64,000 nt of DNA, taken from assembly GCA_002436025.1 (NCBI GenBank), contig DIXM01000002.1, positions 106,932 to 170,931 of the forward strand, read 5' to 3'. Positions 30,514-40,038 of the stretch are shown here, in pieces (positions within the stretch are counted from its first letter, which is position 1; each line of letters starts with the position of its first letter). The translations under genes were made by a program, and so were the position numbers. The notes beneath the pieces were generated by a model. That model saw only the letters and a list, made by a program, of their open reading frames with translations. It had not been told where the DNA came from and did not search any database. Source of the DNA: a candidate division Hyd24-12 bacterium UBA6080 (GTDB taxonomy: Bacteria; Fermentibacterota; Fermentibacteria; Fermentibacterales; JCC-6).

Positions 30514-31595
30514 GGGTCGTCACAGTTCTTGGGACCCGTCCCGAGATCATACGGCTTTGTACCGTTATCGAGAAACTTGATCGCAGTACGGAGCACACTC
30601 TTGTTCATACCGGGCAGAACTTCGACAACCAACTCAGTGATGTTTTCTTCTCCGAGCTTGGAGTAAGAAAACCAGATGTCTACCTTGGAGTTGACACCTC
30701 CTCGTTCGGTGTTCAGATCGGGCAGATCATAAGCGGTTGCGAAAAGGTCTTTCTTGAGAAGAAACCTGATGCCGTACTTATCCTGGGCGATACCAACAGT
30801 GGTCTTTCCGCCTTTGTGGCGAAGAGGATGGGAATTCCTGTCTACCACATGGAAGCGGGCAACAGGTGCTACGACGACAGGGTTCCTGAAGAGGTCAACC
30901 GAAGGGTGATTGATCACTCGAGTTCCGTACTCATGCCGTATACCCACAGGAGCAAGGATAATCTAGTGGCAGAAGGTATCGCATCCCGACGTATCTATGT
31001 CACGGGCAATCCCATCTTCGAAGTCCTGAACCTGTTTGCGAAGCAGGTGGCCGACGCCGGAGCGATGGAGAACTACGGTGTTCGGAAAGGCGAGTACTTC
31101 CTGGCAACTCTTCACAGGGCTGAGAATGTGGATATCCCTGAGAGGCTGGCCGGTTTTGCCCGTGCCTTGGAAATGGTTCGGGATGAATTCGCTCTGCCAG
31201 TGATCGTCAGCACTCATCCGAGAACCAGGGGCAAGCTGCAGTCATTCGGGTTGAGTGGTACCATGGGCGAAGTGAAGTACATGGAACCAATGGGTTTCTT
31301 TGACTTTGTCCAGCTTGAGAAGAATGCCAAGTGTGTCTTGTCCGACAGCGGAACCGTGCAGGAAGAGTGTTGCATTTTCGGTGTACCCACGGTTACACTG
31401 CGTGATGTCACTGAGCGACCTGAGACCATTGAGTGTGGAAGCAATGTTCTTGCGGGGGGCGACGCTGATAGAATACTTGCCCTGACCGAACTGGTTACGG
31501 GTTCCCTGCCTAAATGGCAGCCACCCGCTGAATACCTGGTACCCGATGTTTCCTCAACCGTGTTGAAGATAGTAACGGGGTATCTCCATGTTTAA
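30510..31595 (+). CDS. UDP-N-acetylglucosamine 2-epimerase (non-hydrolysing), WecB/FnlC/CapG family
   Basis: The motifs 'VVTVLGTRPEIIRL', 'HTGQNFD' and 'DAVLILGDTNSGL...HMEAGNR' match the WecB family. Confidence 0.85.
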   Translation: MRVVTVLGTRPEIIRLCTVIEKLDRSTEHTLVHTGQNFDNQLSDVFFSELGVRKPDVYLGVDTSSFGVQIGQIISGCEKVFLEKKPDAVLILGDTNSGLSAFVAKRMGIPVYHMEAGNRCYDDRVPEEVNRRVIDHSSSVLMPYTHRSKDNLVAEGIASRRIYVTGNPIFEVLNLFAKQVADAGAMENYGVRKGEYFLATLHRAENVDIPERLAGFARALEMVRDEFALPVIVSTHPRTRGKLQSFGLSGTMGEVKYMEPMGFFDFVQLEKNAKCVLSDSGTVQEECCIFGVPTVTLRDVTERPETIECGSNVLAGGDADRILALTELVTGSLPKWQPPAEYLVPDVSSTVLKIVTGYLHV

Positions 31596-32505
31596 CAGAG
31601 TGCTTGTTTTTGGTGGCGACGGAATGCTCGGGCACAAGGTGTTCCAGGTCTTCAACGAAAACCATGAGACCCATGCAACGTTCCTCACCCATGAGCACTA
31701 CGCTTCGGCCTTTCCAACGTACAGGGAAGTCCCATCTTCAAGGATTCATCTTGGGATCGATGCGCTGAATTCCGAGGTCATTGAGAGGCTGCTAAACATT
31801 GTGAGACCTGATGTTGTTGTGAACTGCATCGGGCTTATCAAACAACTCAAGGAAGCTTCCGACTTTGTGCTTGCAATTCGGATGAACTCTCTGCTTCCAC
31901 ACAACCTCGCGCGGATTTGCACATCCATTGGGGCAAGGCTTGTGCACGTGAGTACGGACTGTGTGTTTTCTGGGAACAAGGGCATGTACACGGAAGAAGA
32001 CCCTTCCGATGTGATGGACCTGTACGGGAAATCCAAGGCGCTGGGAGAAGTCGACTATTCCCCTCACCTGACGGTTCGCACATCCATTATCGGCAGGGAG
32101 TGGGTAAGGTCAACAGCCCTGCTTGAATGGTTCCTGTCACAGCAGGGCAAGACTGTGCGTGGCTACAAGAACGCTGTTTATTCGGGTTTCACCACCGAGT
32201 CCATAGCCAGGCTGATTAGAAGAACAGTCACTGAGAGGCCAGATCTAGCCGGCCTTTGGCATGTATCTAGCGATCCGGTTACCAAGGTTGAACTGCTCAC
32301 CAGGATCAGGAATGCATGGGGATTGAACATTGAAATCGTGCCCTTTGATGACGTTCCCTGCGACAGAAGCCTTGATTCGACAAGGTTCTTCAAGGAGACT
32401 GGGTTTGAGAGACCATCCTGGGAGTCGATGATCCAAAGGCTTGTTAAAGATGATACCCCTTACCCGGAATGGCGCGCACGCAATCAGAAGGTTTTTGGAG
32501 CCTGA
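31588..32505 (+). CDS. RmlD-like NAD(P)H-dependent sugar-nucleotide reductase (FnlB/CapF/WbjC functional position)
   Basis: The N-terminus 'VLVFGGDGMLGHKV' and an RmlD-substrate-binding-like fold are present. The product is 305 aa and the gene overlaps the upstream gene by 8 nt. Confidence 0.65.
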   Translation: MFNRVLVFGGDGMLGHKVFQVFNENHETHATFLTHEHYASAFPTYREVPSSRIHLGIDALNSEVIERLLNIVRPDVVVNCIGLIKQLKEASDFVLAIRMNSLLPHNLARICTSIGARLVHVSTDCVFSGNKGMYTEEDPSDVMDLYGKSKALGEVDYSPHLTVRTSIIGREWVRSTALLEWFLSQQGKTVRGYKNAVYSGFTTESIARLIRRTVTERPDLAGLWHVSSDPVTKVELLTRIRNAWGLNIEIVPFDDVPCDRSLDSTRFFKETGFERPSWESMIQRLVKDDTPYPEWRARNQKVFGA

Positions 32506-32525
32506 TTCTTCATGAAGGGGCAGAG

Positions 32526-33470
32526 ATGAAAGCACTTGTTACAGGCGGAGCAGGATTCATAGGGTCGAACATCTCGATGAAACTTCTTGAGATGGGTTTC
32601 GAGGTGACGATCCTTGATGACCTGAGCAGTGGATATCTGTCGAACGTTCCGGAAAGGGCTCAGTTCATTGAGGGTTCAACTGTTGACGGAGAAACGGTTA
32701 ACGAAGCCGCTTCAGGCGTTGATTACATTTTTCACCTGGCAGCGAGTGTGGGCAATAAAAGATCCATTGATGACCCGATCTATGATGCAACGATAAATGT
32801 TCTTGGAACGCTGAACGTACTCGAGGCAGCAAGGAAAACTGGCGTGAAGAAACTTGTGTACAGCTCCTCAGCTGGGATTTTTGGTGAGCTGAAAACACTT
32901 CCCATCAAAGAGGATCACCCTCAGGAACCGGATTCCCCTTACGGGGTCAGCAAGCTGGCAGCCGAGAAGAACTGCCTGGTCTACATGAAGCTTTATGGGG
33001 TTCCCTGCGTGTGTCTAAGGTATTTTAATGTTTACGGCGTTCATCAGAGATTCGATGCTTACGGGAATGTGATCCCGATCTTTGCTGACAGAATTCTTCG
33101 TGGCATTCCCATGACCATCTTTGGAGACGGTGAGCAGACCAGGGACTTTGTCAACGTTGCCGATGTGGCACAGGCAAACATCAGATCCGCCCTCTCCCCG
33201 GCTACGGGAGTCTTCAATATCGGGAGCGGAACGAGAATTACGATCAATTCGTTGGCCGGATTGATGGAGAAGGTCTCCGGGAGATCTGTAGGAGTTGTGT
33301 ACGGCCCTGAGCGGCCAGGAGATGTAAGGGACAGTCTTGCCGATGCTGGAGAAGCGATAAAGGGCTTTGCTTATGACCCGTTGAGCGATATCGAAATCGG
33401 TCTGCGTGAATACATGAATTGGATCAAGAGTGATCAAATTACCTGTAGAAGACTCGAGAGCGATATCTGA
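32526..33470 (+). CDS. NAD-dependent epimerase/dehydratase, GalE/WbpP-like UDP-hexose (or HexNAc) 4-epimerase
   Basis: The motifs 'MKALVTGGAGFIGSNI', 'DDLSSGY' and 'SPYGVSKLAAEKNCLVYMKLYG' are present. The longest ORF (from 32469) has an unlikely N-terminal extension. Confidence 0.8.
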   Translation: MKALVTGGAGFIGSNISMKLLEMGFEVTILDDLSSGYLSNVPERAQFIEGSTVDGETVNEAASGVDYIFHLAASVGNKRSIDDPIYDATINVLGTLNVLEAARKTGVKKLVYSSSAGIFGELKTLPIKEDHPQEPDSPYGVSKLAAEKNCLVYMKLYGVPCVCLRYFNVYGVHQRFDAYGNVIPIFADRILRGIPMTIFGDGEQTRDFVNVADVAQANIRSALSPATGVFNIGSGTRITINSLAGLMEKVSGRSVGVVYGPERPGDVRDSLADAGEAIKGFAYDPLSDIEIGLREYMNWIKSDQITCRRLESDI

Positions 33471-33593
33471 GATGATTCTTTTTTTTAGATTTACGGTTCC
33501 ATGAGCGCATTTTTACTAATAAATACTGGTATCGGTTACATTGGGTGGTTAATATCATGCATCTATAATCTGTGTATAATAACATAGAATAAC

Positions 33594-34592
33594 ATGCGCA
33601 TGAACAAGCTATACAAAACAATAAATGGCATATTGAAAAAGGCAAAGGGACTTCTTATTAGAATTGCCAGCCCATTATTCATTCCGATTATTAAGCATAT
33701 AGCGAATTCTGGAGACGGGACAGACAAGTGCCTTAAGCATGGATATCTGCCGGTCGCTGTTCACTACTATCAACCAATACCAGATATTTCTGAGCTCGAA
33801 AAGCGTAAGGTTTGGGATAAAGTTGGCAGTATGAGGGGCATCAGATTCGAGCCTCTTAAGTACGTCGAGTTTCTTAATCAGCTTTCACAAAAGTATGCTG
33901 CTGAGTGTGACTGGCCAAATGAGCGATCATCCGATCCCAGTCAGTTCTATTTGAATAATGGGTCTTTTAGCTATGGTTGTGCTGCGCCATTGCACTGCAT
34001 TATCAGAAAAAACAAGCCGAAGAAAATAATCGAGATAGGATCAGGCAATTCTTCCAAGATTATTGCAGAAGCTCTCAGGCTCAATCTTCTGGAGAATTTC
34101 GAGACCGACTACACCATTATTGACCCTTACTCAGTGCTTGATGTTTTGCACTTTCCGCAGCACACAACAATTACGAAGGAGCCTGTAGAACTTGTAAGTA
34201 TTGATGTATTTGAGTCTCTTGAAGAAGACGATATATTATTTATTGATTCGAGTCATACATGTAAAATTGGTAGTGATGTGAATTACGAGATTCTTGAAAT
34301 ACTGCCTCGGTTGAAAAAGGGAGTGTTTGTGCACTTCCATGATATTCCTCTTCCCTACGAGTATCCTAAAATCTATGCAACAAATCCCAAGTTTCGCGTG
34401 TTTTGGACAGAATCGTATTTGCTGCAAGCATTTATGACCTGCAATAGTGACTTTGATATCGTTCTTCCTATGGCATACTTACAGAAACGCTGCCTTGATG
34501 TCTTGAAGCAGGCCTTCCCCTGCAGCCAGAAGGCTGAGTTCGGATGGGAAAGTGGGAGTTTTTGGATAGTGCGAGTGGCAACAACTAAATGA
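33594..34592 (+). CDS. Class I SAM-dependent methyltransferase (Methyltransf_24/CmcI-like) on a low-GC islet
   Basis: The motifs 'IIEIGSGNSSKIIAEAL' and 'ILFIDSSHT' are present. The gene and its flanks are visibly AT-rich relative to the surroundings. Confidence 0.6.
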   Translation: MRMNKLYKTINGILKKAKGLLIRIASPLFIPIIKHIANSGDGTDKCLKHGYLPVAVHYYQPIPDISELEKRKVWDKVGSMRGIRFEPLKYVEFLNQLSQKYAAECDWPNERSSDPSQFYLNNGSFSYGCAAPLHCIIRKNKPKKIIEIGSGNSSKIIAEALRLNLLENFETDYTIIDPYSVLDVLHFPQHTTITKEPVELVSIDVFESLEEDDILFIDSSHTCKIGSDVNYEILEILPRLKKGVFVHFHDIPLPYEYPKIYATNPKFRVFWTESYLLQAFMTCNSDFDIVLPMAYLQKRCLDVLKQAFPCSQKAEFGWESGSFWIVRVATTK

Positions 34593-34613
34593 AGGAAAAT
34601 TCAGGGAGAGACG

Positions 34614-36047
34614 GTGCTCCTTAACTCCGTTCAATTTGCCGCATTTCTTCCAGTGGTGTTCATCCTCTACTGGTCCCTGCAGAGGGCAGGGCGGCAGGCT
34701 CAGAACTTCTTTCTGCTCGCCGCGAGCTATGTGTTTTATGTGTTCTGGGACTGGCGTTTTGCTGCGCTGCTTGTTGTAAGTACCCTGGTGGACTTTCTTG
34801 TGGGAAGGCAGCTTGGTGTTGAACGTGTTGAGTCGAGAAGAAAGCTGCTGCTTTGGATCAGTCTTTCTGTAAACCTGCTTCTGCTGGGGTTTTTCAAGTA
34901 CTTCAATTTCTTCGTGGAGTCATTCGTCGGGTTGATCGGCCTGTTCGGGCTTCATGCAAGTGCCCGTACGCTCGGTATCATCATGCCGGTGGGGATAAGC
35001 TTCTACACCTTCAAGAAGCTTTCGTATTCGATCGATGCTTACAAGAGGTACATCGAACCAACTTCGGATGCTGTTGCATTCTTCTCGTTCGTGGCGTTCT
35101 TCCCCCAGATACTCGCGGGGCCGATTGACCGGGGAAGCACGCTTCTTCCACAGTTCCTTCAGAAGAGGGAGTTTTCCGATGCTCTGGCAAGAGACGGTCT
35201 GAGGCAGATCCTTACGGGATTTCTGAAGAAGATGGTTCTGGCCGACAATCTGCTGCCCCTGGTGAACGAGCTGTTCTCGAATCACGCTTCGTACGACGGT
35301 CTGAGCCTTGTCATCGGTGTGTTCTTCGCAGCGATGCAGTTGTACTGCGATTTCTCGGGCTATTCGGATATCGCCATCGGGGTCGGCAAGCTGCTTGGGT
35401 TCAAACTGATGACCAACTTCGCCTTCCCCTTCTTTTCCCGTGACATCGCCGAGTTCTGGAGAAGGTGGCACATATCCCTGTCGTCCTGGCTTCGAGACTA
35501 CCTTTACGTTCCCCTGTGCGGTACCCGTCCTTCCCGTCGAAGAAGGGCGTTCCTGATCGTGCTGACCTTCACTCTCTGCGGGCTCTGGCATGAGGCGGCA
35601 TGGACGTATGTCTTCTGGGGCTTCCTGCACGGGTTGTACTTCCTTCCCATGACGCTGAAGAAGAAGCACCCACGGTTCATCGGTGTTGCGGGGAAGGAGA
35701 GGTTCTTCCCTTCCTTCAGGGAAGTGCGAGCCATGGCTTATACTTTCTTCATAACATCTGTGGCGTGGGTTTTCTTCATGGCCGAGTCGTTCAGCCAGGC
35801 TTTCGGGCTACTGGGCAGGGCAGTCAGCAGGCCCTTCGCCGGGCTGGGGTATTCCTCTTACGTTCCCCTTCTTCTGGGGTGTTTCCTGCTGCTTTGCCTT
35901 GAATGGATACAGAGGCGCAGGGAGTTCTTCCTGCAGATCGCCGACCTGCCCGTTGTGCTGCGCTGGACAATCTACAACGTTGCTATCCTTGTGATACTCG
36001 TGTTTGGAGCTTTCGGAAGCAACGAGTTTATCTACACTCAGTTCTGA
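34614..36047 (+). CDS. MBOAT family polysaccharide O-acyltransferase (AlgI/DltB-like)
   Basis: A 477-aa polytopic protein. The conserved MBOAT His is in 'LWHEAAWTYVFWGFLHG', together with 'RRWHISLSSWLRDYLYVPL'. Confidence 0.85.
   Translation: MLLNSVQFAAFLPVVFILYWSLQRAGRQAQNFFLLAASYVFYVFWDWRFAALLVVSTLVDFLVGRQLGVERVESRRKLLLWISLSVNLLLLGFFKYFNFFVESFVGLIGLFGLHASARTLGIIMPVGISFYTFKKLSYSIDAYKRYIEPTSDAVAFFSFVAFFPQILAGPIDRGSTLLPQFLQKREFSDALARDGLRQILTGFLKKMVLADNLLPLVNELFSNHASYDGLSLVIGVFFAAMQLYCDFSGYSDIAIGVGKLLGFKLMTNFAFPFFSRDIAEFWRRWHISLSSWLRDYLYVPLCGTRPSRRRRAFLIVLTFTLCGLWHEAAWTYVFWGFLHGLYFLPMTLKKKHPRFIGVAGKERFFPSFREVRAMAYTFFITSVAWVFFMAESFSQAFGLLGRAVSRPFAGLGYSSYVPLLLGCFLLLCLEWIQRRREFFLQIADLPVVLRWTIYNVAILVILVFGAFGSNEFIYTQF
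35883..35954 (+). repeat. Copy A of a ~70-bp direct repeat: the native 3' end of the MBOAT gene
   Basis: It is about 90% identical to 41091-41163 by eye ('ttcctgctgctttgccttgaatggatacagaggcgcagggagttcttcctgcagatcgccgacctgcccgtt'). Confidence 0.8.
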
Positions 36048-36110
36048 TAAGAGCTGTTCCTGATGCGGTAGTTGACGGCTTCCTTTTCTTCCTTGAGTGC
36101 CTCCCTCCAC

Positions 36111-36842
36111 TCACCAAACCCTCCTCCCCGAAGCTGTGTACCCTGCAATCCTGAAGAAGAGCCAGATCCAGAGGGCGGATACTGTTAATCCTGCTGCGAT
36201 GAAGAGTGGCCAGTTGTTCGGTTCAATGGCGGCCTTGGTCATCCAGAAGGAGGGGAGGGGGGAGAAGAGGTACTGGGAGGTTCCGCTGAGGAAGAAGGGG
36301 GCCTGAATGCCCATGAGGGAAAGGCCTCCGAGTTTCATGAGGGCGAGGCCCTCGACTTTGTTGTTTGCTACTGCAACTACACCAATGCAGACAGCGACTG
36401 AAGCCGCCGAGGCGAGAAAAGCTATCGGGATTGCTCTTGTCATGCTGAGGTCGGATGATCTGAACAGTGTGAACATCGCTGCCGAGAGAACCACCGAGAT
36501 CATTGCCGGTTGAAGAATCCTTCCTGTGAGGTAGCCTTTTATGCCCGGGGGGGATACCGCGAAGTAGAGGCTTACACGCTCATCCCGCTCCTCGAGCATT
36601 ATCATGGATGCCGCCATGTTGAGAAGGTAGGGGATCAGAAGTAGAAGCATCAGGTCGAGCATTGTTCTGAACTGCGGGACCAATGCCGTGTGATCCAGTG
36701 TTTGGGCAAGCCAGCTGTCGAGGGCGGGGATCCCGTATCTGAATACGACCCCGATAAGTATGGGGGCCGGGATGAGCATGGCCAGAAGGGCGTCTCTTTT
36801 TATCAGTGTCAGACCGGCTTTTGCCACCTGGTGTGTTTTCAC
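36111..36842 (-). CDS. ABC-2 type transporter permease (second permease). The GTG start at 36842 overlaps the upstream stop as GTGA.
   Basis: A 6-TM hydrophobic profile. The longest ORF (to 36917) would overlap the upstream gene by 79 nt. The GTGA junction suggests translational coupling. Confidence 0.6.
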   Translation of the reverse strand: MKTHQVAKAGLTLIKRDALLAMLIPAPILIGVVFRYGIPALDSWLAQTLDHTALVPQFRTMLDLMLLLLIPYLLNMAASMIMLEERDERVSLYFAVSPPGIKGYLTGRILQPAMISVVLSAAMFTLFRSSDLSMTRAIPIAFLASAASVAVCIGVVAVANNKVEGLALMKLGGLSLMGIQAPFFLSGTSQYLFSPLPSFWMTKAAIEPNNWPLFIAAGLTVSALWIWLFFRIAGYTASGRRVW

Positions 36843-37570
36843 AGCTGCATGCCTCCAAGGTCCCTTACCATCCCTTTGACTTTTCCTGCTGCAAGAGGCA
36901 GCAGGATGGCGGTCCATGCGGCTACGGTTATCAGGTGTTTTGCGCTTGGGGTTTCGGTTGCTCCGGTGCCCTCTCGCAATACCTGCAGCAGGGCGGTGCC
37001 GGGGTGGAGCTGCCAGATCGCCAGGCCCGGAAGATGCCAGAGGTTCATGTGATGCCCCAGGGCAATGAAGGGCGGGATCCAGAGTATCAGGCTTATGGGT
37101 GCGATGACCATGAAAAACCTGTTGAGGCTGCGCACCCGGACTGCGGCTGCCAGCCCCGCTGTGGAGAAGAGCACCGAGCCAGTGAAGAGCCCGGCCGCGA
37201 GGATTGCAGGGGAGATTGTGTCTGGAACCGCTGTGATTGCTATCGCAAGGCCCGCCAGAGTGGATATGACAGCAAGTGAGAGAACCTTGGCCCAGAGATA
37301 CTCACTTGTTGTGAAGGGGGAGACGAAGAGGAAATCAAGGGTGCGCTCGCTTTTTTCAAAAAGGACGATGCCCCCCATGAAGAACATGCCCAGGGCGGCG
37401 GGGTCGCTGAATACTATCACTGCGGCTGCCACTGTTCGCCAGTTCTGGGGCACGGCAAGGAGTATGCCGGCGTAGACAACCGAGATTACCAGGTAAAGCA
37501 GGTAGAACCCGTAGCGGTACTGGAACTTGATGTCGTTGGACATTGCCGCGATGAAACGCCTTGTGTTCAT
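36839..37570 (-). CDS. ABC-2 type transporter permease
   Basis: A 243-aa, multi-TM protein in operon with the ATPase. Confidence 0.65.
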   Translation of the reverse strand: MNTRRFIAAMSNDIKFQYRYGFYLLYLVISVVYAGILLAVPQNWRTVAAAVIVFSDPAALGMFFMGGIVLFEKSERTLDFLFVSPFTTSEYLWAKVLSLAVISTLAGLAIAITAVPDTISPAILAAGLFTGSVLFSTAGLAAAVRVRSLNRFFMVIAPISLILWIPPFIALGHHMNLWHLPGLAIWQLHPGTALLQVLREGTGATETPSAKHLITVAAWTAILLPLAAGKVKGMVRDLGGMQL

Positions 37571-38460
37571 CGCAGTGCCCTTCCGGTCACCTCAACGAAC
37601 ACATCCTCGAGCGTGGGTTCCCTGGAGTGGATCCTGGTCAGCCCGTTGTCTTCAATGGCTCTTCTGAGGGTGGTGTCTTCCGAGAGTTGAGTCATCGGGG
37701 TGGTGTTCTGCTGTTCCTTTTCTCCCTGCCGGTAGGTGTAGGTGACGGTGGAGGGGGTTTTGCCCCTTGTGAGGTTGTCCGGGGTGTCCAGTGCCTGGAT
37801 CGTACCGTCAACGATGAAGGCCACCCTGTCGCAGAGTTCACCGGCGTCGTGCATGTTGTGGGTTGTAAGGATGATTGTTGTTCCCTTTTCCCTTTGTTGC
37901 TGGATGATGCCCTTCATCTGCCTTGCAGTGGAGGGGTCAAGCCCCGATGTGGGCTCGTCGAGGAAGAGCATGCCCGGGCGGTGCATGAGTGCCCTTACGA
38001 AGTTGAGGCGGGTTTTCATGCCCTTGGAGAACTCGGACACCCTGCGGCTGCCGTCCCGCTGGAGCCCCACCATTTCCAGAAGTGTCTCTCCGGGGATGAG
38101 GTCTTTGCCGTGGAGGGAGCCGAAGAAGGCAAGGTTCTCCATGGCGGTGAACTTGCCGTAGAGCCCGGGGAACTCGAAAACCACACCTATGCCTCTGTAG
38201 AAGTCGGCGGTGCGGTGCCTGACCTCGCAGCCGTTGACCCGCACCGCTCCGCGGTAGCCCGTGAGGACCCCGGTGAGGATCTTCTGGAGGGTGCTCTTGC
38301 CGGCGCCGGAGGGGCCAAGGAAGCCGAATATCTCGCCCCTTTTCACCTGAAAGCCCATGTGTTCGATGAGGGGATCTTTCTTTGAGTATGAGAAGAAAAG
38401 GTCTTCTATGGTTATTGTGCCCTTGTCAGTCTCCACTGTCTTCCTCCTCCACTCCCGCAA
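37567..38460 (-). CDS. ABC transporter ATP-binding protein (efflux-type)
   Basis: Walker A 'GPSGAGKST', signature 'SKGMKTRLNF' and Walker B 'LFLDEPTSGLD' are present. Confidence 0.85.
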   Translation of the reverse strand: MREWRRKTVETDKGTITIEDLFFSYSKKDPLIEHMGFQVKRGEIFGFLGPSGAGKSTLQKILTGVLTGYRGAVRVNGCEVRHRTADFYRGIGVVFEFPGLYGKFTAMENLAFFGSLHGKDLIPGETLLEMVGLQRDGSRRVSEFSKGMKTRLNFVRALMHRPGMLFLDEPTSGLDPSTARQMKGIIQQQREKGTTIILTTHNMHDAGELCDRVAFIVDGTIQALDTPDNLTRGKTPSTVTYTYRQGEKEQQNTTPMTQLSEDTTLRRAIEDNGLTRIHSREPTLEDVFVEVTGRALR

Positions 38461-39034
38461 GCACCAGGCCGCGGATAAGAAGCTGCATGGCGTCGTCGAA
38501 GTGTTCCTCCCCCACAGCCTCTCGGTGCATCATGGTCATGGCCAAAGCCCGAAGTGCAGTTGTCAGGATTGGGGCATTTGCCTGTTGTTCCCTTACACGC
38601 AGGGCCTTGAGCAGTGCACGGGTTGTTTCATCATCGAGCGTGTGGTGCGAGGAAACTTGTTCTTGCGGCAGCCCCCGCAGCAGAAGGGCCATCTCTTCCG
38701 GGCGCATCAGTGTTGTAAGGAATGAATTTTTGACCTGGCTGAAAAGGTACCAGATCGCTTCGGTGAGTCCGTCCCTTCCCCTGAGTTCCCTCTCCTGCAC
38801 TTTGTTGAAGAGGCCCTGAAAAAGCCTTTTCTGGTACTCTTCAAGGGTGTGGAAGAAGAGGGCTTCCTTGGAGGGGTGGAACCTGTAGAAAGACCCCTTC
38901 GAGATGCCTGCCCTTCGGGCAAGTTCGTCTACAGTGGTTTTCTTCACACCGTACCTGGCAAGGCAGCTCTCAGCCGCCCTGAGAAGCGCTTCACTTATCT
39001 CCCTGGTTTCAGCTTCGGTAAACGCCCGTGGCAT
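38426..39034 (-). CDS. TetR/AcrR family transcriptional regulator. The start is approximate at the internal Met 'MPRAFTEAE'; the longest ORF from 39400 is implausibly extended.
   Basis: The HTH 'TTVDELARRAGISKGSFYRFHPSKEALF' is present. A ~200-aa product is the typical TetR size. Confidence 0.75.
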   Translation of the reverse strand: MPRAFTEAETREISEALLRAAESCLARYGVKKTTVDELARRAGISKGSFYRFHPSKEALFFHTLEEYQKRLFQGLFNKVQERELRGRDGLTEAIWYLFSQVKNSFLTTLMRPEEMALLLRGLPQEQVSSHHTLDDETTRALLKALRVREQQANAPILTTALRALAMTMMHREAVGEEHFDDAMQLLIRGLVLAGVEEEDSGD

Positions 39035-39204
39035 GGTGACTCCTTTTGTATGACCGAATATGCAGAACTGGTCATAGCGTATGCAAGTGTTGTCTTCCCC
39101 TTCCCAAATGGAATTGCTTGGCTGTCGACTTCTTCTGGAAGGATATTGGGATGAAGGAGAGCATCTGCTCCCCGGACATGAAGCTAGCCTGTGGCTCTTC
39201 AGAG

Positions 39205-40038
39205 CTAATCCGGCAGTTCTGCAATCAGCAGATCCTGCACTGTCTTTGCGGCCAGTAACGGGTTGTATTCGCTGTCCGCCGGGATCAACAGCCGAATGTC
39301 TTCGAGAAAGGAGGGATGCGTCAGTTTTGCCGACAGGTTGGCCTCGAACTGAGCGCGGGAGATGGAAAGCCCTGAGTGTTTCTTGTACTGAAGAAAGCAC
39401 TCCACGACGCGCTGTGGTTCCAACCCGGCGGTCTGAAGCCCCAGCCAGAGATCAAAGAGATCCCGGCCTTTCCTGCGTTGATAGAGCGCACGGAGCTTGG
39501 TGCCCAAAAGCTCTTCAAGATGATAAGTTGTTACATCAGCAGTTCCGGTGAACCACGGGTTTACAACGGCGAAAGGGATTGCTCGTAGACCATATACCGC
39601 AAAGTGTTCTCTGGTATTGATCTCTATCTTCAGCCGTCTGGTGGAGACAGGAGAGAAGGAAGTGTCAAAGCTGTAATGGATAGTGAAGCGTTCCCTGGTC
39701 CCTTTCTACGCGGGTTTTCCAAGCCACGGATCCAGGTTTTTACGGATGGCATTGATCGATTCACCAATTGGCCCTGGCTCTTTCTGAACAAGATCAATGT
39801 CTTCCGAGTAACGATTCGCTTCTCTGAAGTACAGTTTATGAAGTGCAGTACCACCACGGAAAGCAGTCTGCTCAGCCACTATCCTGTTACTGAAAATTTC
39901 AACGAGTACCCGGGAGATGACAAGATCCTGTTCCACCTGCTCGTTGGAAGGCCACGGGGCGATTGTCCGCCATGCCGTGATGTTTGCCCGCGGGATCATG
40001 TTTCCAGCTCCAGGTCGACATTGGGAAGAATGTGCCAC
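39205..40038 (-). pseudogene. abiEii-like nucleotidyltransferase toxin gene disrupted by frameshift(s) (two ORF fragments: 39706-40038 N-terminal, 39205-39507 C-terminal)
   Basis: The fragments match the N- and C-terminal parts of the intact AbiEii at 43157-43996 ('GGTALHKLYF...EDIDL' and 'KLRALYQRRKGRDLFDLW'). The middle ~200 nt falls in another frame. An ATGA overlap with the upstream abiEi is present at 39996-39999. Confidence 0.65.
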
